Shown here one piece after another: positions 10,220 to 30,992 of a stretch of DNA of 64,000 nt; the first letter of the stretch is position 1; every line of letters begins with the position of its first letter. This stretch comes from Eledone cirrhosa (taxonomy: Eukaryota): positions 24,862,001-24,926,000 of the forward strand of contig OZ024755.1 of assembly GCA_964016885.1 (NCBI GenBank). The letters run 5' to 3'. The notes under the pieces were generated by a model. That model was not told where the DNA came from. It did no database searches and worked only from the letters and a program-made list of their open reading frames with translations. The translations under genes and the position numbers were made by a program.

Positions 10220-10560
10220 GATCTTGCTCGGATGACCTCGTCGCAGCAAAAAGTTTGTTCCTGGCCACGTGGTGTTTTAGGCTTTGTGGATATGCTGTGT
10301 CTGGGTGGTAGAAGACATCTCTCTTGGCTTCTTTCTCATAGAAGCTGCTGTTGACCTTTCCTGAAGCTAGGGATAGAGTAAAGAAGAGCAGATTTAGGGA
10401 ATCATCGTCCGTTGGATGACGAAGTTGATCGCGTTGAGTAGTTCATTCAATATTTTATATATTTCCTTACCCTCGTTTCTGGAATGGGCCAGCACTGGTA
10501 CGTTATGTACGTATCTCCAGTACAACGGACTGTAATGCTCTTATTTCCAGGCTATCCGAT
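10220..10560 (-). pseudogene. Penelope-like reverse transcriptase fragment (degenerate)
   Basis: Minus-strand frames give YWRYVHNVPVLAHSRNEGKEIYKILN..INFVI and DDSLNLLFFTLSLASGKVNSSFYEKEAKRDVFYHPDTAYPQSLK. These resemble the PLE YxRYVDD..L.FLD..FY.K..H..S.HP..K pattern. Confidence 0.6.
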
Positions 10561-10684
10561 GTTAGGATTGTCAGGATACAGATGAATCGGGATCTACGTT
10601 TTTCTTATATATTATTATTGAAAATAAATAGGAAAATATATATACATATGTGTGTGTGTATATATACATATATAAATGCACAAA

Positions 10685-10808
10685 GAAAGTGTGGTAAGAT
10701 ACCAGGCGGAGCATAACGCACCAGAGTACTCGATACTTAGGGTAGTAGAGTGGATCTAGCTATCGTAACGGCGGAGCTCAGCCGTTGGGGTCCTGACTCT
10801 TTTCCTAT
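10685..10808 (-). mobile_element. Partial copy of the aagagtcaggacc palindromic PLE-type family
   Basis: gtgtggtaagataccagg..cataacgcaccagagtactcgatacttagggtagtagagtgg matches 30500-30572. Confidence 0.8.
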
Positions 10809-10952
10809 ATCAATGCGCACACACACACATATATATATATATATATGACTTCTACAGGACTAGAACTGTTTCATTCGGGAGAAATCATCAGGAAACCCTG
10901 ATGATTGAGTACCTTACTTACTGCGGTTACCCCCGATTGAACCCGGTATAAA

Positions 10953-10983
<31 letters not shown>

Positions 10984-10986
<3 letters not shown>

Positions 10987-11208
10987 TAATAATAATAAAT
11001 TAGAAGACTAAAATCCAAAGAGGGCTCGATAAGGATAAATATATATCAAATATATAAGAACCGTAGAGCAAATATTTATTAAAATAACAGATTAAAGTTT
11101 AAGCAAAGAATCGGTGCTTTCACCCTTAACGGGATCTTCTGAAACTCAGAAGATCCAGTTAAGGGTGAAAGCAGCGATTCTTTGCTTAAACTTTAATCTG
11201 TTATTTTA

Positions 11209-11210
<2 letters not shown>
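10984..11210. mobile_element. Short TA-embedded element ending in a 133-bp near-perfect hairpin (11078-11210)
   Basis: attaaaataacagattaaagtttaagcaaagaatcg..gatcttctga/tcagaagatc..cgattctttgcttaaactttaatctgttattttaat. A copy lacking most of the hairpin is at 44841-44945. Confidence 0.8.
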
Positions 11211-11239
<29 letters not shown>

Positions 11240-11250
11240 TGTATGTATGT

Positions 11251-11851
11251 CAGGTCACCAGTTGGTGCTACTGGTAACATGTATCCCAGTACAACCTGTC
11301 TCATGGTCGTTGGCGACTAAACTGGCAACCCCACCAAGGTTTCTTGGTGAGGAGGGTGACTTTGGATATCCTGCAGGACTAAAAACAAAACCTGTCAAAG
11401 GGCAAAGGAGCTCGTAAGAGTCAATGGCCATCCAAAATCACCGGGAGAGATGACCTCTTAGCCTTTGTCAAGGCACAATTCTAAGAGAAGGAAAACTCTG
11501 ATATAACACCTGCAACCCTGATGGTATCCAATGCTGTTGACTTGTTCTTCTTTTTGGTAAATATCATCTTGGTTAAGAGAGTGGGACTGGCTTTGTGCAG
11601 TGCCTTTGCTCACTATAAAAGCTTCACGGCACAGGCATTGCTTTATATCTGGAGATCTCTCTGCACTTGTCATCACATGGTACCATGGGCCCAGCACTAT
11701 GTGTCAATAATTGTCAGAAGTGTAGTGTTTGTACCAGAGTTTTCAAGTGGCTGGCTGGACTAAAAGATCACACTCGTTCAGCGCATCGGTAGGGATTCTC
11801 CTACATGGATATAAAGTAGTGGCCGTACTCGAAAACGAGTTGGCAGCCACC
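11251..11851 (+). mobile_element. ~600-bp non-coding element embedded in (TATG)n, probably a non-autonomous RTE derivative; copy 1
   Basis: Nearly identical to 61532-62130 with the same ends. No TIRs. 3' hairpin actcgaaaacgagt. Strand inferred. Confidence 0.8.
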
Positions 11852-11928
11852 ATGTATGTATGTATGTATGTATGTATGTATGTATGTATGTATGTATGTA
11901 TGTATGTATGTATGTATGTATGTATGTA

Positions 11929-11963
<35 letters not shown>

Positions 11964-12005
11964 CTTTGTATATGAAACTGATACTTCTGACTTCCATTTC
12001 TCGTC

Positions 12006-12072
<67 letters not shown>

Positions 12073-12339
12073 CATCGTATATGTTAAGGAGTTTATTCCA
12101 AGATGCTATGTAAAACTCACTCTGCCAACAGTTCGTCTTTGATGTTGTGGCAACTTCATTCAACTTAGCTAATTAGATGTTTTGGCTCATTTATCTCCTA
12201 AAAGAAAGTCTGGCATATTCATAGAATTACCTCCTTAGACAATCACTGGCTTCGACCATCGTTAGAGCCACGTCGCAATTTTCGTCTCTTTATCTACATA
12301 CAACACTTTATATCTTCCTATTTTTGTTCCTTCTCAAGT

Positions 12340-12735
12340 ATGGTGGCGAACAAGCAGAGTTGTTAGAGCGCCTGGGTAAATGTCATGGTATTTGTTCCGG
12401 CTTTCTATAGATTTCTATAATCTGAGTTCGAATCTCGCTTGTCAACCTTTCTTTTCATCCTTCCGAGTCGTTACATAAATATCAACCCAGGAGGGGTCGT
12501 ATATTGGCGAAATTGTTAGAATCAGAGGAGATGTTTTGCAGTCTATGATAATAATAATAATAATGAAATTATTGTGTACAGTGCTCAGGTGCACTACAAC
12601 TTATCAAAGGTGCATGTATAGTACATAGAATAATGTACAAATGTCAGGAAAGTGAACATAGCTGCATTGATTAAGAAAATACTGACTCTAACATGGCTCC
12701 GGCTCTGCGAGTTCCAAGTTCAAATCTCGCCCCTT
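12340..12735 (+). mobile_element. Old SINE copies with an inserted (AAT)n-tailed fragment
   Basis: ggtggcgaacaagcagagttgttagagcg..ctgagttcgaatc..ttttcatccttccgagtcg. Second head at ~12505, split by aataataataatgaaattattg. Confidence 0.6.
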
Positions 12736-13337
12736 TTGCCAGAAGTTGTGACTGTCAAGAAAAACAATAGAATAATAAACATTAGTAGACACAATAATGT
12801 CAGTTCTATTAAAATACCAACGATGACATATTATCATATCCTATCATGTCCTTTGTAAGACATCAAATGGATGTTGCATCATGGTCCAAGTACACAGAAT
12901 TGCCAATGCGTTTTGCCGAACACCCTAACCACTAAGCCCCACACATTCACATATATAAGCTGTGATACATAGGCAGTTATGTAGCCATCTGTTTCGGATT
13001 TTCTGAGTGTTATTCCGTCCAAGACAGATGGTATATTTACATGGTTTTGAAGGTTAGACCAGACGAAGAAAAGCAATAGAATTGACAACAGTATCAAACA
13101 CAATAGCTCTCACATTTTCATGACATTTAACAATGTTAAAATATGTTCCATGTAAACATTTCTTGTTAAGGAGGAAAAGGTGAAGCGGGTGCAGCTGATA
13201 ATCTTTAAGACTGCTCGAGTTCTCGTTTGTTAGTTTCACTATCTCACGTTAGAACGTTGTTTCAGTTTACAATCTTCAAAGGAGACGTACAACCTTTGAC
13301 CTTTGCGTCATTTGTCCGGCATCAACATTGGGAACAT

Positions 13338-13385
<48 letters not shown>

Positions 13386-13402
13386 ATGAGAGGTGTACAT
13401 AT

Positions 13403-13439
<37 letters not shown>

Positions 13440-13452
13440 ATGAGAGGTGTAC

Positions 13453-13504
<52 letters not shown>

Positions 13505-13569
13505 TACATAAATACATACATGTGTGTGCGTGTGTGTATGAGAGGTGTACATATATATTTATAATTAAC

Positions 13570-14410
13570 GTTTCTTCATAAAAGACTCTCTTTAACTAAA
13601 CCCCGCAACCCAAAACCTTAAAAACGTTTTTTTAAATGTTTAATTTTCAATTTTCTGTTTGTTCAATTCTCAATCTTCTTACTCTTTAATTTTATAATGT
13701 TATTCTGAATTCTTTCAACTTCATCCTATAAATTTAAACAATATTTTAACGTTCCAACTTTCTGTCGGACTGTTTGGTTGGTTTTCCTGGCGGCGGGACC
13801 AGCCCCCTGGCGCATAGGCCTACCTTGAGTGCTTGGAAAAATAAATTTCCCCTTCTTTCGGTAAATGAAACTACTCGGAGTGGCTTGATTCGCCCCAGGG
13901 GCCCGGCGCGCAGCCGGTTTTTTAACCGCCACATAGTACCTTTAAATTACAGATCAAATCAGAACCATTAGATATATCACGCCTCCCTCTACTTAAGAAA
14001 ACCCCCCCTCCTGAGTAAAGGAATAGTACTGGTTTTGTACAAGAATGGCCTAACGATGCGGGCTGACTTCCGGCTGGCGCAACTGAAGCCTGTTATACAT
14101 TCTTAGAGTGCTCGGAAAAATCGATTTTTACATATCTTTCGCTAGGCGATATCACTCGGAGTGATGGGCTGGGCTGCCCAAGCTTGTAGTCGCCGCATGC
14201 TGTTTGACGGCTAAACAAAGACATCATCTTTACTATATAATAAAATTTAAGTGTCTTCATAAAAGACTCTTTCTTTGCCTAAACCTCGCAACCTTAAACA
14301 TGTTAAACTGTTTAACTTTAAATTTTCTAATTTCTTTAATATTAAATATTAATTTTTAACTTCATCCTATAAGTCTAAACAAAAACGTAACGTTCCAATC
14401 TTCTGCTCAC
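13570..14410. repeat. CpG-rich islet with two diverged tandem units, bounded by AT-rich direct repeats (13570-13770 / 14250-14410)
   Basis: cttcataaaagactct..ctaaacc-cgcaacc..aacttcatcctataa-t-taaacaa..taacgttccaa occurs twice. Internal ctggcgca..gagtgct-ggaaaaat..ctttcg..actcggagtg occurs at ~13807 and ~14074. Confidence 0.75.
13746..13934 (-). CDS. Putative small basic 62-aa ORF with a decayed tandem paralog at ~14020-14200
   Basis: LRVVSFTER..FFQAL versus LRVISPSER..FFRAL, with synonymous (GTA/GTG, TCA/TCG) and conservative changes. No known homology. Confidence 0.25.
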   Translation of the reverse strand: MWRLKNRLRAGPLGRIKPLRVVSFTERRGNLFFQALKVGLCARGLVPPPGKPTKQSDRKLER

Positions 14411-14797
14411 ACATTATAACACACTGACCCCCACTATATTTATCTCGGGTCCCTTAGAATAAAAAATTTCTTCGCGACAATCCTGGCCTGACTGTAATAC
14501 CGACCTTTCCTCCTCTTTCTTTCTGTCTTTCTTCTTATAGCTGACATTAACCCTGGCTTCTTCTCTTCCCCCTTCTTCTCTCTTCTTTCTTTCTTTCTTT
14601 CTTTTTTCTTGTGGCATGATATTAACGCTAACTTATGTTCCCATCCCTTTCTGTTTTCCTTTAACACACTGTAAGCTTTAGCCACGTCACTCGATGGCGA
14701 CCGGCAAAGGTAGAAGATGCTGGATGGCGGTCGCCCTCGGGTCCTTGATTTTCTGCCCCATGGATTTTATCTATTACATTCACTTATTATATTTCGA

Positions 14798-14855
14798 ATA
14801 CCTGATGATATCACCGGTTTCATACGGAACCCGGTCATTGAAATGATCATAGTAT
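14798..14855 (+). ncRNA. Type-I hammerhead ribozyme (canonical core)
   Basis: Stem I AUAC/GUAU; CUGAUGA 14802-14808; stem II ACCGG..CCGGU; GAAA 14840-14843; palindromic U-GAUC-A stem III; AUA triplet; AATAAA at 14856. Confidence 0.75.
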
Positions 14856-15010
14856 AATAAACCTTTCAAGGATCTACACAAATCCAGCCTCCTGTCATTT
14901 CATTATAATATTATATATATACAGACATACATAAATACATACATGTGTGTGCGTGTGTGTATGAGAGGTGTACATATTTATGTATATATACAGGCATACA
15001 TATATACATA

Positions 15011-15058
<48 letters not shown>

Positions 15059-15414
15059 TAAATAAAACATATACACACACATACACAACCTTCGATGCGA
15101 GCAGTCGCACATAAGGCTGGAGACCATTCATTAAATTTGGTGGGAGACTATTCATTAAATTTAAGGTGAAGACTATCTCCAACAGTAATACAATTATCAG
15201 CTGTGTTGAATAACTGGATATTTGTCTACGGTATACTCAACCTCCTCTATATACTGGACGTTCAGTTGATCAACCAAATAAATGCTCATCGTCGAGACCA
15301 ACAGAGAACCATCGTCAATAAAATAAAGTACCACTCATGTACTCGTGTCGAAAGAAGGTTTTTTTTTTACTCATATTAAATATGTGTGGCCTTATGCCAA
15401 AGTTAAAAATCATT

Positions 15415-15508
15415 GGACTTTGCCTTTCATCCTTACGGGGTCGATAAAATAAAGTATCAGTAATGCACTAGGTATTTGCTGGCCTTGTGCCTAAAGTAGA
15501 AACAATTA
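15415..15508 (+). mobile_element. SINE 3' half (dominant family)
   Basis: gactttgcctttcatccttacggggtcgataaaataaagt..ggccttgtgcctaaagtagaaac. Confidence 0.85.
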
Positions 15509-15892
15509 TTTAAAAGTATGTTAGTAATAAAATATATCCAATTTCTTTGAAAACATGAATAGTCTTACTCCGATTTATTAAATGGCTTACAGAAGAGAAG
15601 AATCTTCCCAGCACAATCCTCTCCATCGTATTAAAGATATTTCTTAGGTTTTGCCAAAAAAATAATGGTTGAAATATCTTGCCCACGGCACCGCATTTCA
15701 TCTTATTGACCATGGCATATATATTGCACAATTACAAGGATATAACTATACATAATCTAGGATTGATTATTGTTGTTATAGCAGTAGTAGTAGTTATTGT
15801 TGTTATTCATGTTCTTATTATCTTTTGGGCAAACATGAATATAGAAAAGTGTGGGTTCCTATTACCCTCTCCCATCTTCTCCCCTTCTCTCT

Positions 15893-18800
15893 TTATATAT
15901 ATATATAATATATATAATATAATATATATTATATATATATCATATGTATAGATAAAATATATTGTATATATATATATAATATATATTATATATATAATAT
16001 ATATATAATATAATATATATTATAAATATATCATATGTATAGATAAAACATATAGTATATATAATATATATATATAATATATATTATATATATTTATATA
16101 ATATATGTTATATATATAATATATATATATCATATATATAGATAAAATATATAGTATATATATATATAATATATATTATATATATAGATAAAATGTATAA
16201 TATAGATATATAATATATTATATATATATATAGTATATATATATATATATATCATATATATAGATAAAATATATAGTATATATATTTAATATATATTATA
16301 TATATATATAATATCTATATATATCATATATATAGATGAAATATATAGTATATATATATAATATATATTATATATATATATAGTATATGTATATATCATA
16401 TATATAGATAAAATATATAGTATATATATATAATATATATTATATATATATATAGTATATATATATATCATATATATAGATAATATATATAGTATATATA
16501 TATATCATATATATATATCATATATATAGATAATAAATATAGTATATATATATAATATATATTATATATATATATAGTATATATATATCATATATATATA
16601 TCATATATATATATAATATATATATATAATATATATATATCATATATATATATAATATATATAGTATATATATATATCATATATATAGATAATATATATA
16701 GTATATATATATAATATGTATTATATATATATATAGTATATATATATCATATATATATATAATATATATATATCATATATATATAATATATATAGTATAT
16801 ATATATAATATATATAGTATATATAATATATGTAGTATATATATATATAATATATATAGTATATATACTATATGTAGTATATATATATATAATATATACA
16901 GTATATATAATATATACAGTATATATATATATAATATATATAGTATATATAATATATACAGTATATATATATATATATAATATCTATAGTATATATATAT
17001 ATAATATATATAGTATATATATATATATATAATATATATAGTATATATATATATATATATATAATATATATATAATGTATATATATACTATATATATAAT
17101 ATATAAAGTATATATATATATAATATATAGTATATATATATAATATATACATATAGTATATAAATATATATATAATATATACACTATATATATATAATAT
17201 ATACAGTATATATATAATATATACACTATATATATATAATATATACAGTATATATATAATATATACAGTATATATATAATGTATACAGTATATATATAAT
17301 GTATACAGTATATATATAATGTATACAGTATATATATATACAGTATATGTATATATAATAACTATAGTATATATATATAATATATATAGTATATATATAT
17401 ATATATAGTATATATATATAGTATATATATATAGTATATATATATAGTATATATATATACATATAGTATATATATATATATAGTATGTATATATATATAC
17501 TATATATATATATATACTATATGTATATATATATAGCATATATATATAGTATATATATATATATATATATATATAGTATATATAGTATATATATATATAT
17601 AGTATATATATATAGTATATATTGTATATATATATATTGTATATATATATATTGTATATATATATATAGTATATACATATATATATAGTATATATATATA
17701 GTATATACATATATATATATAGTATATACATATATAGTATATATATATATATATAGTATATACATATATATATAGTATATACATATATATATAGTATATA
17801 CATATATATAGTATATATATATATATAGTATATACATATATATATAGTATATACATATATATATAGTATATACATATATATAGTATATATATATATATAT
17901 AGTATATACATATATATAGTATATATATATATATAGTATATATATATATAGTATATATAGTATTTACTATATATAGTATATATATATATATATATAGTTT
18001 ATACATATATATAGTATATACATATATATAGTATATATATATATATATATAGTTTATACATATATATAGTATATACATATATATAGTATATATATAGTAT
18101 ATATAGTTTATACATATATATAGTATATACATATATATAGTATATATATAGTATATATAGTTTATACATATATATAGTATATACATATATATAGTATATA
18201 TATAGTATATATATATATACATATATATATATTATATATATATATATAGTATATATATATATATATTATATATATATATATAGTATATATATATATATTA
18301 TATATATATATATAGTATATATATATATATATTATATATATATATATATATAGTATATATATAGTATATATATATATAGTATATATATATATATACTATA
18401 TATATAGTATATATATATATATATATAGTATATATATATATATATATATATATAGTATATATATATATATATAGTATATATATATATATATATATATAGT
18501 ATATATATATATATATAGTATATAGTATATATATATATATATAGTATATATATAGTATATATATATATATATCTATATATAGTATATATATATATAGTAT
18601 ATATATACTATATATATATAGTATATATATATATATAGTATATATATAGTTTATATCTATATATAATATATATCTATATATAGTATATATATATAGTATA
18701 TATATATATATATATAGTATATTTATATATATATAATATATATATATATAGTATCTATATATATATAGTATATATATATATATATATATAGTATATATAG

Positions 18801-20050
18801 TATATATAGTATATATATAGTATATATATATATATAGTATATATATATATATAGTATATATATATAGTATAATTATATATATAGTATATATATATAGTAT
18901 AATTATATATATAGTATATATATATAGTATATATATAGTATATATATATATATATAGATATAGTATATATACAGTATATAGTATATATATATAGTATATA
19001 TATATCTATATATATATATAGATATAGAGTATATATATAGTATATATATATATATATATATAGAGTATATATATATAGTATATATATATTTATATAGTAT
19101 ATATATATAGTATATATATATTTATATAGTATATATATATAGTATATATATATAGTATATATATATATATAGTATATAAATATACTATTTATATATAGTA
19201 TATATATAGTATATATATAGTATAGATAGAGTATATATATATAGTATATATATATAGTATATATATAGTATAGATAGAGTATATATATATAGTATATATA
19301 TATAGTATATATATAGTATAGATAGAGTATATATATATAGTATATATATATAATATATATATAGTATAGATAGAGTATATATATATAGTATATATATATA
19401 ATATATATATAGTATAGATATAGTATATATATATAGTATATATATAGTATATATAGATAGTATATATATAGTATATATATATAGTATATATAGATAGTAT
19501 ATATATAGTATATATATATAGTATATATATATATATATATATATAGTATATATATATATATATAGTATACATATATAGTATATATATATATATAGTATAC
19601 ATATATATTGTATATATATATAGTATATTTATATATATAGTATATATATATAGTATATTTATATATATAGTATATATATATAGTATATATATATATAGTA
19701 TATATATATAGTATATATATATATATATATAGTATATATATATATATAGTATATATATATAGTATATATATATATATATATATATATAGTATATATATAT
19801 ATATATAGTATACATATATAGTATATATATATATAGTATACATATATATTGTATATATATATAGTATATTTATATATATAGTATATATATATAGTATATA
19901 TATATATAGTATATATATATAGTATATATATATATATATATAGTATATATATATATAGTATATATATATAGTATATATATATATATAGTATATATATAGT
20001 ATATATATATATATAGTATATATATACATATATACTATATATATATATAG

Positions 20051-20084
<34 letters not shown>

Positions 20085-20264
20085 GTATATATATACATAT
20101 ATATATATATACATATAGTATATATATATATAGTATATATATAGTATATATATATATAGTATATATATATATATATAGTATATATATAGTATATATATAT
20201 ATAGTATATACATATAGTATATATATATATATATAGTATATATATATAGTATATATATATATAG

Positions 20265-20295
<31 letters not shown>

Positions 20296-20304
20296 TATAT
20301 ATAG

Positions 20305-20335
<31 letters not shown>

Positions 20336-20479
20336 TATATATACTGTATATATATATATACTGTATATATATATATAGTATATATATAGTATATACATAT
20401 AGTATATATAGTATATATATATATATACTGTATATATATATATACTGTATATATATATATATATATAGTATATATATAT
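15893..20479. repeat. Compound (TA)n / (TA)nG microsatellite
   Basis: Direct inspection. Confidence 0.98.
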
Positions 20480-20785
20480 CTATCTATCTAAGGCGGGTAA
20501 AATTCCCGAGATCCATGGACGATTTCTCTCCAGCGGTCTCTGTCCCTCATTATCGCTGCCATGTCCTGCATCTCCAACAGACCAGTGTCTGTCCTTAGGG
20601 CATCAACATACGTTAACCTTGGTCCTGGGTATGACATTAAACTACATCTAGTGGCAAGGCTCCAGTTACGGAGTTCAGGAGATGTGGGGAATATGGAGTT
20701 ACCCCTTAGTTGTCATGACTCCCAGGTCTGCCCTGGCCCGGGGTGGTATTTCCATTTAGGGCTCCATTTATGGGTTAAATAACTA
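20480..20785. mobile_element. RTE 3' end (minus; same family as 31399-31533) joined to a second interspersed repeat
   Basis: ggcgggtaaaattcccgagatccatggacga..catacgttaaccttggtc is nearly identical to 31403-31535. It is followed by ggtatgacattaaactacatct..ctcccaggtc. Confidence 0.8.
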
Positions 20786-20845
20786 CCTTATTCGAGTGGC
20801 GCCGGTAGGGTATTGTCAGCCATTGAAAAGAAATATGGAGAGTCG

Positions 20846-26082
<5,237 letters not shown>

Positions 26083-26556
26083 TTTTCATTCAAAACAGCT
26101 TGTGATATGCATGTAAGTAAATATTCTCTCTATCTTATAGTTTGTAAACTTACATCGATCAATAACTGAGTATAGATACAATGTATTATCAGCATCTAGA
26201 AACGATCGTAAAGCAGTGAAGTATATCTCTAATGACTTGATTTTTTATTTCATTATTTTAACTTATATAGATAGATAGATAGATAGATATAAACGAGCAG
26301 GTTTCGTTTAGATATGAAAAATATTTATTGCGTACCGACCTGTTACGCGCGTTTCGCAGAGGATTGGCTCAATGTGACCCATAGGAGTTATGGACAATAA
26401 GTTTTTTCATATGCAAACGAAACCTCGTTTCTTCTATTATATACATTCTGCCTATGCATAGAGTGCTTGATTTAGTACCAACACCAGTATTTCACCGTAC
26501 TACCTGCACTATATATATATATTTATATATATATATAATCATATATATTAGTAAAT

Positions 26557-27382
26557 CGGTGAACCGAACGACGTGTCCAGCCCTTCTGAACTTGCTGCGC
26601 ATATATTCCGTGATGACATCCCTCACGTCGGACTTCTGTCTGATGACTTCGCTCCTTATGTGCTCTCTCAACGAGATTCCTAGCATTGATCTCTCTGTGG
26701 CTCTTTGAGCCGTAACCAGCCTCTGTTCTGCTCTCTTCGTTGTAGCCCAACTTTCACTGCCATATAACATTGTAGGTAAAACTGTGCTATTGAAGAGGTT
26801 GGTGCGGGTAGTCTTGTCCAACCTCCCCTTGACACATCCCTTATGCCGTTGAACGCCTTCCATCCGGCCCTTACTCTCCGCGAGATCTCCCTCTCAATGT
26901 CTCGGCGCATGTTCACTTCTTGTCCCAGGTAGACGTATTCCTTCACCTCCTCTATTTCATCACCGCCAAACATCATTCGACCTGTTGGTACGTTGTCGGA
27001 CCGCATGAACTTCGTTTTCATGCGGTTCATCTTGAGGCCTACTGCAGAGCTTTTGATGTCGAGCTCCGTCAGCAGTGTCTGAAGCTGATCCGTGGTTTCA
27101 GCGATGAGTACGATGTCATCAGTGAAACGCCTTGCCAGTCAATAACTCTGACGATCTGCTTGAGACACGCGGTGGACCCGCGCAGTTGCCGAGTGGTTCT
27201 CGCGCGAGCGGAAACCACCACTCGGAAGGCCTCCACGAAGGTGGAGTTACGATTTTAGGAATATGATTGGGACTACATGGATGAGGAAAGCACGATCCAG
27301 AGAGGAATGGACGGCGTGCTGTGACCGGCGGCGCCGAATGGACGCCCGACAGACTGGTCGGTCAAGGTGATCAAGGTGATAC
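26557..27382. mobile_element. RTE-1-like LINE with 5' inversion (26557-~27135 minus; 27170-27382 plus)
   Basis: Minus: FTDDIVL..YVYLGQ..RAGWKAF..LPTMLYGSESW..AGHVVRFTD. Plus continues RWTRAVAEWFSRERKPPLGRPPRRW to a (tcaaggtga)2 tail. TSD TAGTAAAT at 26549-26556 and 27383-27390. Confidence 0.9.
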
Positions 27383-27708
27383 TAGTAAATACATACATAT
27401 TTTTGTAGAGAAGCGTAGCAGTAATATGCTGTGTGTTAATATGTATATAAGGGAGTTTATTCACGTGTTGATAGAGGTGAAGGCAATTTACATAAGAACA
27501 AGCCACACCTTCACAGTCACCTTTAGAGATATGCGCATAGATGCGGACATATACATCGAAATACCGATGTTACGTCGGTATGTACTGTTATCTTACCTTT
27601 GATTTTGTTATTTTCCGGGCTTTGGGTTTGGGGTGTATCGTAAGCGTCCATACAAACATGTTGAGTATATTGTATATTTGTGTATGTGTGTGCATGTACA
27701 GAAATTTA

Positions 27709-29330
<1,622 letters not shown>

Positions 29331-30310
29331 TTATATATTAAATGGTAAAACAACGGAGAGACGGACAGTGGCATCTCCTCAGTCAACCTCCGGAAATCAC
29401 TACAGTTTCGGTTATTGAAGTTTGATACCATTCATTCCAGTGCACATTGGGACATAATAAAACAAATATAGACAAGTTATGCCTTTCGGCGAATTACACA
29501 AATATAGATGAAAAAGTATCCCAAGTGCGTCAAGTTACAAAGAAGGGTGAGAACGGTACGAGAGGGTATAGTCAATGGAGAAATAATTTCGGACGGAGTA
29601 GTAAAACAGCAAAATAGTAAATAGAGCCAGCTTAAAACCAGTTAGCCCAATACACAACAAAGTACTTGAGTTAAGTATTATATAATCCAACCGTGACCAT
29701 CTCCACTGAAAGTTTTCATGAAACAGTCTTTTAAGACTATACAGAGCATTTGATGTTATTCCAAATTGAAGGATAAGTGTTTCAAACTTTATTTTATCAT
29801 GAGTTAAAGGTCTATAGATTTTTCCCTGGATTTTACTAAATTCTGTGGATGAATTTATATCCTGATTCTCTTTTGAGATGAGTTTTGAGTTATTTTTCCT
29901 AAATCTTTCGTTAACTACTTTTCCCATCTTGACGTTATAGTCGCATATATGTTATAGAATGCCGTTAGCTTCTTGCTAAAACAATCTCTATACCTCTCAT
30001 TTATATATATATATATATATATATACAAATTAATTTAATTAGTATTTTTCAATCTAGCTAACTTGGTCATTTGCAATACAAACACTTATATACTTGTATT
30101 AGTGTTTATCATATATTCATTTGTATTTCACGGCTCAGAAATATCTCTTTCTTTGAGCTATTTAATTGTAAAAGTCTGTTTGAGTTTATAACTCTATATA
30201 TAGTATATATATATATATATATAAAGGTAGAACACTGGAGGGTAATATAGAGTCGTAGTGGTAGAGTCCTCAGTCCATGGGACGAGTTTGGTAGAAGTAG
30301 TAACACAACC

Positions 30311-30349
30311 CGAGCCGAAGATCCTCATAAGGTGAAACAATTGTTTTCG
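30311..30349 (+). ncRNA. Minimal hammerhead motif, U4C variant
   Basis: Stem I CGAG/UUCG; CCGAAGA; stem II CCU-caua-AGG; GAAAC-AAUU-GUU. Flanked by IR gtagtaacacaa/ttgtgttactac. Confidence 0.6.
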
Positions 30350-30386
30350 TTATGGTGAACTAACTATTGTGTTACTACATATATAT

Positions 30387-30574
30387 AAAGAGTCAGGACC
30401 CTGACGGCTGAGCTCCGGCTCTCTCGACAGCTAGATCCGAACAGTTTGGATCTAGCTGTCGAAACGGCCGGAGCGCAGCCGTCAGGGTCCTGACTCTTTT
30501 CCTATTACCCACTCTACTACCCTAAGTAGAGTACTCTGGTGCGTTATGGTCCACCTGGCATCTTACCACACCCT

Positions 30575-30578
<4 letters not shown>
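30387..30578 (+). mobile_element. Palindromic PLE-type element (113-bp fold-back plus tail) retaining the 3' half of a hammerhead
   Basis: aaagagtcaggaccctgacggctg..gatcc/ggatc..cagccgtcagggtcctgactcttt; GAAACGGC-loop-GCCGUC at 30461-30483. Other copies at 10685, 32960, 44660 and 60727. Confidence 0.8.
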
Positions 30579-30651
<73 letters not shown>

Positions 30652-30992
30652 TGCATATACATATGTGAGCATATATTGTTATTCAAACAATTATGTGCGT
30701 GTGTCTGTGTATGCACTTATGCTTCTGGATGACTTTTTGACAATTAGACAGACGATTTGAGTTAAATCCTTGCTTATGTTTGATATAAGTAACGTTTGAT
30801 TATAGCTCTCTTTGAGGAGAAATGTATATAAGTAACTTATGTCTTAGCAATGAAATATGTAGAGAAACATTTTTCTGTAAACCAAGAGAATAACAGAATT
30901 GTTAAATATAATTGTTAAATATACAGTGTATATGCGAGGCTTATAAACTGTAGTTAAGCTAATATATTTTCTATTTTCTATATATATATATT

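Noticed and set aside
15520-15710. Possible Polinton polB-like relic (YDGEDCAGKILL..)
   Set aside because: Multiple stops and only vague motif similarity; cannot be supported without a search.
29535-29927. 130-aa ORF
   Set aside because: No recognisable domain; likely AT-rich TE debris.
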